A stretch of 64,000 nt of DNA, from assembly GCF_036321535.1 (NCBI RefSeq), contig NC_087436.1, positions 115,756,001 to 115,820,000 on the forward strand, read 5' to 3'. Made by a program: the position numbers and the translations under genes. Below, one piece after another: positions 51,471 through 63,976 of this stretch (positions are counted from its first letter, which is position 1; the number at the start of each line of letters is the position of its first letter). This DNA is from Camelus dromedarius. Lineage: Eukaryota. The notes beneath the pieces were generated by a model that ran no database searches, had not been told where the DNA came from, and saw only the letters and a list, made by a program, of their open reading frames with translations.

Positions 51471-52839
51471 TAAAGGGTAATATATGAGTTACTCATTCTT
51501 ATAATAATATCACATACATGCATATATGTATGTGTGTGTACGTGTGTGTGTTTGTGTGTGACTGTGGTGACGCCTCGCTCAACGTGTATTTAGTGCCTAT
51601 TGTGTCTGGAGCCTGAACCAGGCGCCAAGGAAACAGGTGATTCAGTTGGGACCCTCCCTCCTGCTAGGAGTCCACGGTCTAACAGAGGGGATGGACGTAG
51701 ACAGGAGTACGGGGACTACGAGAACTCTGAGGACAAACGCCTGACTCTTCGCAGGATCAGAGAACTTTCTGAAGTAAGAAATCCTAGGACTGAGTTAAAA
51801 TAAAGCAGAAGAGTTCACCCGCTGGTGGTAGTAGAGTGCAGTCCTGGCTTATTCAGCCTGGTCTCTGCGGGAAGCACGAGTTAAGCTCAGGGGCACTGTC
51901 ATGTCACATGTGCCCTGAGAGATAACGATGGACGGGGAAGGGTCGACATAGGCCAGTCTTAGGGAGACCTGAGTGATACACAAAAATCACTGAAGGTTAT
52001 TCAGCTCTGAAGGCAACATCCTTATCTAAGTAATTTTTTAAATGATAAAATCTCATTATTTATGAAGCCTGGTCCTTATAAAAGTTTATAATATCTATAA
52101 AATGAAAACAGTTTTGATGGCAGTGCCACATGGCTTTATATTCTAATTTTTTTTTTTTTTGCTTTGGTAATAAAATACCATATTATTAAATGCAGCTTGT
52201 GCTTTTACTTGTCTGTTTTAAGTTAAAATTTTATCATATGATGGAAGTATAACAAAATACAAATAAATCAAATATTAGGTGATAATCTCACACTCATAAA
52301 TTACAATAATTAATGTTTTAGTGTATAGTATTCCATGCTTTTATAAGTATGTATAGACATGTGTATTAACAAAATTGATCACTACATGTTACTTCCCTTC
52401 ATTAAGTGAAGGTTTGCAATGCCATTTTTAATAACTTCTGAGTAATCAATCTATGAAATGAACAAAGCATGATTTATTTACCAATTTTCCCTTGAAGGTT
52501 ATTTCGCCCACTTTTCCATGTTATAAACAGCTCTGAGGTGAAGCTATGGTATTAGATCTTTGGGAATCAAGTCAATTACTTTACTAGGATAAGTCTTGAT
52601 GAGATTCAATTTCTGGTCAATTCTACGTACCTGGTTAGTAGGACTTTGATGAATGTTGCTAAGTAGTAGTTAAATAAGTCTGAACTATGACAATAGTGTA
52701 TGTATGTACACAGAGAAATATAGACATGTGCAGGCATAAATATGCACACACATATATGTGAATGTTCATTTTCACACTCCCTGTATTATTTATTTTAATC
52801 TTTGTCAATATCATAGGTAGAACACATGTTGGCATTGCT

Positions 52840-53990
52840 TTATTTCTTCACAATCATCACTTGCATGGTCCAAAGTTCTGACTTCTCTTTTTCTTGCTTC
52901 TGTCCTTGTCATTGACAGTTCACTCGCCACAGATTCCCTTAATCAAGGGAATCCAGCCTATCACCTTCCCACCTAAAATCCTTCAATAGGGTCTTCTTAC
53001 TATTAGGGTTAAAATCTAATTGGTCCTGTTACTTAGGGTTCCTTCCTCCCTGCCTGATCTAATTTCATACTCCGCTTATTAACTCCTTCCCACGGCTCCC
53101 TGCTTGACCCACTTCCACACTCCAAGCTTTATCCACACTTCTCTTCTTTTCCTTAAGGAGTTACCTTGCTCTTCCGCTGCTTTGAACACTCTTCCTGAAA
53201 CAGCTGCACAACTGGCCCCTTCTCCTGGTTCAAGACTCAGCTCACATGTCACCACCCCAGAGTCTTCCTTGAGGACCCGAACCAAGGAGGCCCTTGCTCC
53301 ATTCCAGCAGCTGTCTGCCAGAGTACCCTGTCTTGTTGCATTTGTGAATGAAAAATACTGCAAACCATATCAGTAAACAAAGAATGACAAAACCATCAAG
53401 TCCTCAGCGGCTGCCGCCACCCCCCAGTGAAGACAAGCCTGCCGCCCGGCCTCTGCAGCCACTCACAGTGGTGCACCCTGAGGGGACTCAGAATAAGAAA
53501 GGACAGGAGACTGGCCCTAGATAGCTGGGTGCTGGTCAAAGGAATGAATTCAATGAGCCCAAATGTTGGCTTCCTCCCATACAGAGAAAAGCACTAAGTT
53601 CTTTAACGTGAGATGCCTGGTTTTCTCTAGATAACCAGTAACTTTTTATTGTTCCAACTACCTGGTCTTTGTTGTAAAGCTCCTATATATCCTGGCTCCT
53701 CCCCTACCTCTTCGGAGCAGTCCCTCAGAGCCATCTGGGAGGCTGTCATCCCGGGCTCGAAGGGGTTTGAGTCCTCAGAAATGTCCGCCAAATAAAACAT
53801 AACTCTCAGCTTTTAGGCTGCGCATTTATTTCAGTCAACACGTTAATAGCACCAACTGTTATCTGAACGTACCTTGTATTTTTATTGGTGTCCCTTTTGT
53901 AAACAGATACCCGTGACCTTGTCTGTGTTCTCCATTCTGCATTATCCCTAGCACCTTGATCGTTCCTGCCGCATAATAGACAATGAACAA
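52840..53990 (+). mobile_element. L2 remnant interrupted by an LTR
   Basis: aaaatccttcaatagggtc..caagactcagctcacatgtcacc..; after the LTR gaccttgtctgtgttctcc..ccctagcacc. Confidence 0.6.
53343..53840 (+). mobile_element. ERV1-type solo LTR (family A, copy 1)
   Basis: TGTG...AACA, TATATA near 53684, AATAAA near 53791; TSD CATT/CGTT. Confidence 0.85.
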
Positions 53991-54710
53991 AAACACGTGT
54001 GTTACACGACTGAGGGGGTTAAACGTTCCCTTTTGTTCCTTCTGGGATGAGCTGTGTAATACTAACTGTAGCTCGTTTTTCTGTTGGATGTTCATCTTTC
54101 CTGCACTTCTAAGAATTCTCTGGCATGTGCGTAACTTGTTTCTTGACATTTAAAAAAATTCCATAAATAATTATTTGCTGTGTAACGGTTTAATTATGAT
54201 TTCTATGACACACTATTTCTTAAATTTCTACTTGTCAAATGTAAGAGTATTTTTATTTCTTCCCTCCTGACTTTGGAGTTCACTTGTGAAGTTCTCCCCT
54301 ATAAATTAATATCCATGCATATCGAGAATGAGTGGAGATAACTTACAGGATCCACACAGATCATGGTGAGAAACATTGCTTTAAAGGAAGGTCTAGTGTC
54401 AAGGTTCATTCTATAATATAATAACCTGCCTCTGCATCTACTCTGGTCTGCTCTGCTTTGTATTCTACACTTGATAGTTTACCATGGAGGAGCTTTCATT
54501 TATGGCTTCTCAGTCAGAGCGTATGGGAGAGAAGAGCTTAAAAAGTGAACAAATCAATAAACAAATGGATGAACCAATGAACAAAGGATAGAGAGAGAGA
54601 GAGGCCAGAGAGTGGACACAAAGAGAGAGAAAGGGAGAGGAAGAAAGGAAGGGGGGAGGGAAGGATGGAAGGAAGGAGTGAAGGGAAGAGGACAGATGGC
54701 AGGCAGGAAC

Positions 54711-55119
54711 TGAAGTATAAAGGAAACTAACGAACTGACCTCCCTGCTGCGAAACTGTTTGCCTGTTTATTCTTTACTGAGAATAACTTTAACCCAGAGG
54801 TCGAGCTCCAGGGAGGAGGTAACAGGCTGATCATCTCAGAAGGATGGACAGACCCTCCGGAGTTCCCCCTGAAGTTGAGAGGAATGCGGCAACCTGTAAA
54901 ATGCCCTGGTTGTCACCACCTTTTCTGTTCCATCCAGTTTTTCTATAAAACCTCAAGACCCCAACCCTAAGATGGGCTCACAGTCTGTAAGGCATGAGCC
55001 TACGCTGTGACTCCCTTTGCCAAGCAAAGCAATAAATCTACTCTTTTGTTTGCTCCCAAAACTTTGCCTCTGAGTTTGAATTCTCTTTTTGGGGTGCAGA
55101 GGCTGAGTTTTTGGTAACA
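54711..55119 (+). mobile_element. ERV solo LTR inside a GA-rich tract
   Basis: TGAAG...GGTAACA, TATAAAA near 54944, AATAAA at 55031; flanks GAAC/GAAG. Confidence 0.75.
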
Positions 55120-56400
55120 GAAGGAAGGAAGACATAAAGGAAGGAAAGGAGGGACGGAGGGAGGGAGGAAGGGGAAAAAAGAGAAACAAAAGCATATTTT
55201 CACGTGTTACAGAAGATAACAATGCCAGTGCCTCTCTATTGAATCACCCTGAAAAAATTATCTGGGATAATTCTGCATTCACAAAGAATTGAACCAAGGC
55301 AATCTTACAAGGAATTATTCATATCTGCACGCGCGCACACACACACAGAGCAGCCATCGGAAGTTAAAGCTGTCTTCTTATGGAAGGAGCTCTCCCGTCC
55401 CACCGCCAACATAGTTTATTTAAAATCTCACATCAGCATCTCTGTTAACCGTCTCTAGGTGGAAGTTGTTAAAGAAGCTTACAGAAGAGATCAGTGCTAA
55501 ATACGATGACGATTGCAACGTTGTACTTCCCTGTGAAAGCTAACAAAATGGGTCTCTAAACAATGAACGTACAGCAGACAGAAAGCCAACAACAGATTTA
55601 AACAGCCATCTGCAGTAGTTATTCATGCTGCCTAAAAATAGGCTGTTGGAGAACGTGTGAAGTTTTCTCTGATGTAATTCAGTGGTGTCTCTAACAACAG
55701 GCAAGCTGGCTGGAGGAGTGAGAGTAAAGGGGCTGTCCGCGGGCAAGTATGGTTGTTTGATGTCTATTGTCGTGTAAAAAAGCACCCGGAACTTAGATCT
55801 CAAAGTCGCTCCCATCTACAGTCATCGAAGTCCTCTCATCAGCGCCCTTCCTTCCCTCGCTATCATTCCAGGTGAAGTAGGGGCTTATTTCCTCCAAATG
55901 ATACTGCAACACACAGACCCCCCGGTGTGTCTCTGGCTTCCATCACCTACCCTTTCAACCCCTCACACTGTTTTGCATTCATCCTTTACCTTCATATCCA
56001 TTCAGCAACTTACATGGAGACTATTAATAATGCCTTTTTAAAAATAATAACAATGGTCCTTCTTTTACAACCAAGACACTGTGAACATCATAAAGTTATT
56101 TGGCCCCCATTTCTTGTTAAATAATATTAGAACTCCAAAGACAAGTACAGATGTCCTGGCAGTTGTCTGCTTCTTTCTAAAGTCGCGCCACCAATTATTC
56201 CCACCTGCAATTCTGTAGCCAGCAGGATCAAAAGCACACTTATAAACTGGTGTGGCTGTATCCTCCATAAACTGGTTCCAATCTGACTTTCTAAAGCCCT
56301 GTGACTCTACTCTTATTCCTGCACCTTTGCCCTTCCTGTTTCCCTTACTTCCTTTCCTATTTTAATTAGTTGAATTGAGGAGACTAAACTCTATTATAGT

Positions 56401-56459
<59 letters not shown>
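56401..56459. repeat. (TAGA)n tetranucleotide STR, about 14 units
   Basis: Perfect tagatagataga... run. Confidence 0.97.
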
Positions 56460-56788
56460 GTGGATGATAGATTCAATTTCTCAGTCAAGGCTAATCAAGG
56501 TAAGCTCTCTTGTTTCCAGTGAAGGCTTGACTTGAAGTTCCTACAGCCTGGAATAGAGATGGGGGCGCCACCCACTCTGTCAGCCCCCCCCCCCTCTCCT
56601 CCAGGTCTGAGAGGGAACAAGAAGTTCCCCTAACAGCTCAGTCACGTGGTGGATGCGCTGAGCTCTCTGTCTCCTTTCTGATGGTCTCAGGCACCTCCAG
56701 CTTATCACCTGTGGATCCAATGGAGATGAGCGGGAGCCGCAGTTGGTGAGAGTTTTAAGCACAATCCTTTCTTACTAGATACCTGTGA

Positions 56789-57784
56789 TGTTAAAGAAGA
56801 AAAGTATTCATGACGCGTTAAAAATGCTGAGGCCTCCTTCAGTCAAGAGAGGTCACTGTGGTAGTTGTAGGGACCGCTGCAATGGGGCTTTGCAAAGGGG
56901 GACAGAGATTGGGTGCAAATCCAGATGTTACTGCATTATTCCAAATGCAATACGGGGTAGTGGACATTTATAGCCAAGCAGCAAGCAGGGTGGGAGTCAG
57001 TGGAGGAAAAATTACTAAGAGGAAACAACAGATAAGAAGGGATTCTTACTGTTGACGAAAAATTAATCAGTCGATCTGAGAAAAAAGTGGACAATTTTAT
57101 TTGAGCCAAATTTGAGGATTATAACCCAGGAAGAGCACCTGAGAAAGCTCTGAGAGCTGTCCCACCAGGTGGAAATCAAGGCGCAGCTGTCTAAGTGTTT
57201 TGAGGTAGAGGGCTGTACAGCAAGCGCTGTACTATTGACAGTTTACGTAATCCAGATCTACGTGCGAGCTTTGCGGGTCACGCGGCCCCTTGCAAGCTCA
57301 GGAGGGACGTGAGCTTTAAGGAGCCGCCTGCTGCGGCCGGGAGGACGCTGCTCTTAAGGTTCAGCAGGTGTGTCTGCCGGTGGGCGAGGTTTGGTGGGTG
57401 CATAACGCGGACACCCCGTGCGCAGCGCGGGGAGAGGGGCCAAAGGCAGAGAAGAAGTCCTTATGTTTAAATGCTTCTTGTCTTGCCATAAAATATGAAT
57501 TTGATTTCACATTACTGAAATGATCTAATAAGATTCGTACTGAAGGCAGACCGGGGGGATTGTACACCACCTGGGGGATAGTGGACGATGAAGAATCTGA
57601 TTCCACATGGAAAGTGATCAAATATTGAGGGTGGGGAATTCTACTAAAGTGACTTGGCAGGAATCTTGCTAAGATTGGGCAATTTCGAGATGAACAAAGC
57701 CCCAAAGCCCCACAGCCAAGACACAGGTGAAAAAGAACTCAGAAGAGCCTGAATAAAGTTTGGCCAAGGAGAGTATTTTTACCA
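56789..57784 (-). mobile_element. MER31/MER67-like ERV1 LTR split by a nested LTR
   Basis: Minus strand starts tggtaaaaatactctccttggccaaactttattcaggctc and ends tctttaaca; flanks GTGA/GTGG. Confidence 0.75.
57050..57511 (-). mobile_element. ERV1-type solo LTR with perfect 4-bp TSD, nested
   Basis: TGTTGACG...TTTCACA; TSD TTAC at 57046-57049 and 57512-57515; AATAAA on the minus strand near 57097. Confidence 0.88.
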
Positions 57785-58049
57785 GTGGTCCCTGGTTAAA
57801 CTGAGTGCCTGTTTTCTCCCAGCCTGCAGGGGTTCTCCAGCACCGTCGTGTCACCCACTCACCTGCCTTGAGCACTGGCAAAGCCCAATTTCCTTCCATC
57901 TCAGAAAACATGGGAGATCAAGCCATCATGTCTTCTCTGCTTTCTCATTTTCCCCAGTTCCTGCGGTTACCAAGCAGCTTAGCAAAACTCGTGGCTCCTC
58001 AGTGATCCAACCCCAACTCAGGGTGTCTTCCCCTTGTAACTTACACTAG

Positions 58050-58185
58050 TCCCCTAGAAATTCCAGAAAAGACCATGGCTCTGCTACACCTTGATTTTAG
58101 CCTGAGTGAGACCTGCATCAGACTTCTGACATGCAGAACTGTGAAATACGAAGTCGCTGTCAGTTCAAGTTGCTAAATTTGTGGC
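58050..58185 (+). mobile_element. MaLR LTR fragment (MLT1C/D-like)
   Basis: accttgattttagcc..gagacc..cagacttctgac..cagaactgtga..gctaaatttgtgg. Confidence 0.7.
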
Positions 58186-58187
58186 TG

Positions 58188-58818
58188 TGAGACAGGAAGG
58201 GGGCAGGGCACAGCCATTCAAGGAATGAGAGCAATAAACATCAAAATGGTGGAAGATTCAAACCACAGGAGGCCTTGAGGCTCAAGATGGTGGGAAATTT
58301 GACTCTAGTAGATCTTGAGCTTCATTATACGCCCACTGTAATATATTAGCATGGTGAATAACATGCCCACAGGTGCCATGGCAGTCCCAGGGCTAGCCAT
58401 GAAAGTTCAAAGACTGGGAAATGGTGAAATTCCTGGGAATCCCAGCCCCTTCCCCAGGCTAGTTAGACTGGTCCTCCCACTTATTTGCATATGAAGCTAC
58501 CAAAGCCCATAAAAACGGGCAACACTGTCCCTCACGGCCTCCCCCTCTACCCCCCACCCCTGTTTGGAGACGGCTCGCATTCTATGGAGTGTGTGCCTAC
58601 TTTTAATCTGAGCACCCAACCCCCACACCTTGCGGCCTTCCTCTTGCCTTTCAATGTATCTCTCTGAATAAATCTGCCTTTACCTAACTGTGGCTCGCTC
58701 TTGAGTTCTTTCCTGCGCAAAGCCAAGAACCCACACTTGGTGGGGCACGTCCCAGGGGTCCAACCGAAGCCTGCGACACGGCCCTGCTCACGTTCCGCAC
58801 CCGTTTTTCCTGCATGCA
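58188..58818 (+). mobile_element. ERV1-type solo LTR (MER41-group-like)
   Basis: TGAGACAGG start, cataaaa TATA-like near 58508, tctctctgaataaatctgcc, gagttctttcctgcgcaaagccaagaacc; TSD not resolved. Confidence 0.8.
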
Positions 58819-58854
58819 CGTTTTTATACGTCAGGTAAGTTTACATAGCACCTG

Positions 58855-60600
58855 TGTTCATTCACTCACGGCGCATCTATTCAAGGGTGTGTGCTGCGTA
58901 ACCACTACATGCCAGGGTTTATAGCTCACGGCACAGGGTGCACACCGGTAAACAAAACCGCTAAGTCCCTTTCATCAAGGGAGCTTACATTCTAGTTTTT
59001 GTTGTTTGTTTGTTTGCTTGTTTGTTTTAAGCACAACAGACAAGGGTAAAAAGAGTTATAAAGGTCCAGGAGGGCTAGAATGGAAGTGGAGAGACCAGTA
59101 AGGAGAACGTTATAACAGCCCACAGCCGAAATTACAGCTGTGGCAGTGTAAATAGTAAGAAATGTTTGGGTGCAGTCTACGTTAGGGAGGTGCAGGTAAC
59201 ATGAAACTGTGGTGTTGGCATAAAGATTTCGAAGAAAAAGAAGGAATTTGAAGATGACTACTAGGTTTTTGACCTGGGAAGGTGATTCAATGGTGACGCC
59301 ACTTACTGGGATGAAAAAGATACTGTGTGAAGGGTTTTACTGAGGCTTCTCTTTTGGATATAGTCATTGTGAGATATTTCTTGGACATGCTAATGATGTG
59401 GTAAATGTTGAGCTCAGGTAAAGGAGGACGGGTTGAAATTTAATTTGTTGATGTTTGGCATACAGATGCTTCAGGAAAAGCCATGAAACTCAATGAAAGC
59501 AGCTAGAAAATGAGGTGAGAGAGAGAACTGTCTCAAAACATGAGCTCCAAGCTACTGCAAAAGTGCTCACTAGGGTGTTTTTAAATAAATCAAGTACAGT
59601 GAAAGATAAAAAACCAAAACCAAACCAACGCAGGCACACTCACACACCCACGCACATACTCTCAGACACGTTTATGCACACTCACACTCTCTCTCACACG
59701 TAGGGGGCGGGAGAACAGGATAAGAGAAATACTGACAGTGTCGTACATTCATTAAGTAGTTTAGAGACATTGTCTTATTTAATTTTCATAAGAGTAATGT
59801 GTCTATAAGAAATAGAAAACCCAACACAGATGACTGAGGAAGCTCAGCCGGTGAAATATGGGAAAAGTAGAAGAAATTAAATGAATAAAATGTTTTAAAT
59901 CCAGGGAAGGGTTCAGTTCTGCTCACTGCAAACAGGTCGACTGTTAAGAGGCCTGAAACTGGGTCGGCTGTGTTAAGGTCACTTGTAACCTTGACCAAAG
60001 CAGTTTCAGTGGTATGGAGGAGAGAAACAGCTGATAAAAACGCGCTCAAGAAAAAGTGGTAGGTGAGGATGGGCAGGCAGTGAGTGGAGCCCCGTGTTCT
60101 GATAGCTTTCTCGAAGTGAACTAGAGGAGCTGGGAGGGGGTTAGAGGGACAGGGGATGGAGGCGGCTGGGGCAGAATATTCTGTAATATTCTACAGCGGG
60201 TATTAGACACGATTCAACAACGAAAACCTGAAGCCGCAAGAGCGAGAGGGCTGCTCACAGCAGGGCCAGTCATTGCTTACCCGGGTAAGTAACTGCTTGT
60301 ACCATTCAAGGCATGAGTCCAGGATCTGGTCTTCCACAGGCGGGAGGGCAGTGAATTTATTGCAATAGGAAAGGAGGTAGGAATAGGCAGGGACAAGGCT
60401 GTGCAGGTGGAGATATAAATAAATGGGTAAATTTGGCGATGTGATGATTAGAAAGTTTCCTTCAGACTTGTTAGTGAGAGGCCATGGCTTTCAGAGTTTA
60501 TGAGCTTGTGGAGAATTTAGGAAATGCTGAGTCTGAGCAGGGAGCTGTACACAACCTTGCGGGAGAGCGAGTGATGACAGGTGACTAGGAGGTAACGATA
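58855..60600 (-). mobile_element. Long L2 remnant
   Basis: gagcttacattctag, ggagagaccagtaaggag, gatgactactaggtttttgacctg, gaccaaagcagtttcagtggtatgg. Confidence 0.7.
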
Positions 60601-61233
60601 TGGGCTTGATGGGGTTAGTGCTGATTCTTTACCAACAGAAAGCAGATAATCTGTTCTAATCATAGCTTCCTTCCCGGCAAGGGCTCACCACGGGATGGTG
60701 CGGGTCCCAGTGTTGTGTGGGGGAGGCGGCACACCTGGATGAGATTCAGAGGCGCTCTCTGCAGCCATCATCCAGCCTGCATCCATCCTGAGCTCAGTGG
60801 GCCTCCTTTAAGCCCAGCTATGGGAGGTCCTGAAGCTCGTCGGGAAAGACAGTCTGAGGTAGAGCCTCCAGAGTTCAAATTTAAATATAAATTTTTTCCT
60901 ACATGAGTCACCTAATCTATAGAAAAAAGTGTGGAAAAGACTCACCGATACCTAAACTAGGGGTGTGGACTTCACTTACTCTCGTCTGCTGCAGCCATCG
61001 TCGGCGCTGCTAATCAGCCAAGTCTTTCTAGATGTGTCTTCCGCATCCGGTACCCCGCGGCACCCTTACTGACCCCTACGTATGTGCCAGAGTCAGCACG
61101 AGGGAAGAAAACTCAGCTGAGCGACACTCCGCCTTCAGAAGACCTCTATTCTGTTGTCTAATAGAGATGTTGAAGCAATAAATCCCAAAATGAACCCCGA
61201 CCTCCCCTCAACCCCAGCACCCCAGCTTGCTTT

Positions 61234-61698
61234 TGTCAACTGAAAAACAAAATGCACAACAATCTAAAAACTGAGAGTTATGTTTTATTTGGTGGGCTTG
61301 CTGAGGACTGAAGCCCAGGAGACAGCCTCCTAGATAGCTCTGAGGAACTGCTCTGGAGAGGTAGAGGTAAGAGAGAAGCCAGAATATATGACTTTTTGCA
61401 AACAAACAAACAGGTAGTCAAAATGAAGGGATTATTGTTTTAAGAAAAAAAAAAAAAAAACCAGACATCTCAAGTTAATGAATTTAGCACTTCTGTGTGT
61501 AGGGGAAGATTCAAGAGTCTGGGCTCATGGAAATCGTTCCTTTGATCTGCACCATGACTATCTAGGACCAGCATTCTGTGTTTCTCCATCCTGCATCCCC
61601 TCAGGGTGCACCGCTGTGGGAAGGCCACAGTGGCTGGTGGCTTGATGAATGCAGCATCTTTTGTTTACTGATATGGCTCGTGACATTCTTCATCCACA
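61234..61698 (-). mobile_element. ERV1-type solo LTR (family A, copy 2) with perfect TSD
   Basis: TSD CTTT at 61230-61233 and 61699-61702; colinear in reverse with 53343-53840 (ccatatcagtaaacaa, ggtgcaccctgagggga, caaataaaacataactctcag). Confidence 0.9.
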
Positions 61699-61789
61699 CT
61701 TTCAAAGTCCCTCTAATCTCAACAAGTGACTCCTTGTTTTTTCTTACGTACCAAACCTAAGAGATCACCCTGTTTTTTGGCTCTAAATT

Positions 61790-62475
61790 TAAAATAGGCC
61801 CCTAATCTCCCCCCTTTTGACTGCCTCCAGCAGAACTCCTGGGTCCGCGTCTTTGTCATCACAGGATCACTGTAGTGGGTCTTGCTATTTCTGTCTTGAA
61901 TTCTCTGTAGACTGTTCTCAGCACAGAAGCCAGAATGGTCCTTCACAGTCGGGTCAGATCACACCATGTCACTTCTCTGCTCACAGTCCTCCCTGGATTC
62001 CCATGTCACCACTTACATAAAGACCAAACGCCTTCCAATGGCCTCGCTGGCCTGCATGGCTCATGGCCTCCTCCTTGTGACCTCAACTAGCCTTCCCTCC
62101 TTGGCACATCCATGTTAGAGGTGTGGGCCTTTCCTGTCCTCCCCTCTGCCGGGAAGTGTTTCCCCCACAGACGGCACTCGTTAACCCCCTCCCTGCCTGG
62201 GTCCGTTGTCACCTCTCAGAACCCTCCTCATATCCTCTCCATTTACCCATCAAACATGGTAACCCTCTTAATCTCCTTTATGTTTTCCCCAGCATTTATT
62301 ACTATCTGATGTATTTTATGTGTAGAATATTTTCTGTTTATTGTCTCCCCTTTTACTCCCAAAGTATATAAATTCCATTCTAAGAAAGCATGGATTTTGA
62401 TCAATCTTTGGTCCCCAGCCCCTAAAGGAGTCCTTGGTTCATAAAAGGTTCTCAAAGAATAAATGGAAGACTTAA
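61790..62475 (+). mobile_element. L2 3' remnant
   Basis: ctcagcacagaagccagaatgg..gtcacttctctgctcacagtcctcc..tttattgtctcccc..gaataaatggaa. Confidence 0.7.
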
Positions 62476-63340
62476 TGAATCTGCAAACCTCAGTCTGAGC
62501 AACATCCTTACCTGAGCACAATTACTTTTGAAAATGCAGCGTGCTCGTGGCATTCAGTTTGATCCAGTTTGCAATCATTGGAGTGAAAGAATTTCCTTTT
62601 GGAAGCAATTGTATAAGCCATCAGCTCCCTTGAGGGTGCTTTTATCAGCTCTGAAAGCAAGTTTTGCCATTCATCAGCTGTTTGCAGGAGGACTGAGCCG
62701 ACCTCTCTGTGCTGAGCATCGGTACCCTCTCCGCTGGCCGCTGAGAGATGTGAAGTTCTGGGAAGACCTCTGGCTTGCTGCAGTGTGCCCTGTCAGCTGG
62801 CCCTGCCACCTGCCACAGGAGAGGTGATGTCCAGTCACTTGTTATTCCAATATGCATCCACTTCATCTCTTTTTCTCTCTCCTTTTTTCTTCTCTTGACC
62901 TGAGTTAATCCTCTCATTATCTGTCTCCCACTTGGATCAAATCCCCCTTCAACTTTAGTTCTTATCCTGACTGCGAATTTGACAGCCTCCCCAGGGACTT
63001 CACAAGAGCCAGTGTTTTAAAGATCCCTTTTTCGGTCCCAGGCCCAGTTGGCAGCTGATGAACAAAGAAGAGTGGAGTCCTTCCCAAGGAAACAGCATCA
63101 CTGAGAGTCCGCCTCTAAGAATGCTGCGTCTTGTCTGCAGAAATCTAAGCCTAAGCATTAAATAAGAGAAGGAGTCAGGCCAGGATGAATATTTGTGGAA
63201 ATGTGCTTTGTGTCAGGAATGGGGTCGCCTGCGTTTGTCATTGTTTATCTCAAATGATGGCTGCATGCAGCTCGCACATTAAGTAACAATCATCCCCATG
63301 TAAAGGGTCCCACTTCAAAAAAGAAATAAGAATACAGCAC

Positions 63341-63976
63341 TGTCATTGAACCCAAGTTCGTGTGTCCGATGCACAGTGAGGCCAAACAAACCAAAATGTT
63401 GGAGTTTGGAGCAGAAAAATGTTTATTGCAGGGCCAAGGGATGAGGACTAAAGACTTGAAGTCCCCAAAGGTTCTTAGGGAAGAGTTTTAAAGGGGAAGG
63501 TGAGGGAGGAGAGTGTGATCAGCTCGTGCTCAGTTTTCTGATTGGTTGATGATGAGGTAACAGGGTGTGTCACAGGAGTTAACATTATCAATCCTCAGAC
63601 TCCAGTGGATCTGGGGGCTACCTGCTCATGGTCATCAAGTAGTTAATGTCTTCCATTTGGTGGGGGTTTTAGCATCCACAGAACAACTCAGGAAATGAAT
63701 GTCAGATACTGTTATCTAGGTACTTCAGGAAGCAACTAAAGATTCTGTGCTGCCAAATGGCTGACTTACTGCTTAAATTTTTACCAGCTCTCCTGGCACA
63801 ACTGCTGTTTATGTTACTAGATGTTCACATCCTTTCAATCATTAATTCTTGAGCCGGGTTTTTGTGACCCACGGGAGGCCTGGGGGACTGCAGCTTTTCT
63901 ATAAATATGTGTCAGGTAAAGTACTTGGGAGGAGGGGCCGTCATGAGAAGACCCCGTAGGATCCTGTTTGGTGGCA
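63341..63976 (-). mobile_element. ERV LTR, possibly the 3' LTR of a provirus continuing past the window
   Basis: TGTCA...GGCA termini, AATAAA on the minus strand near 63422, CCAAT (gattgg near 63540); purine-rich GAACAGGGGAAT abuts its 5' TG on the minus strand. Confidence 0.75.
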
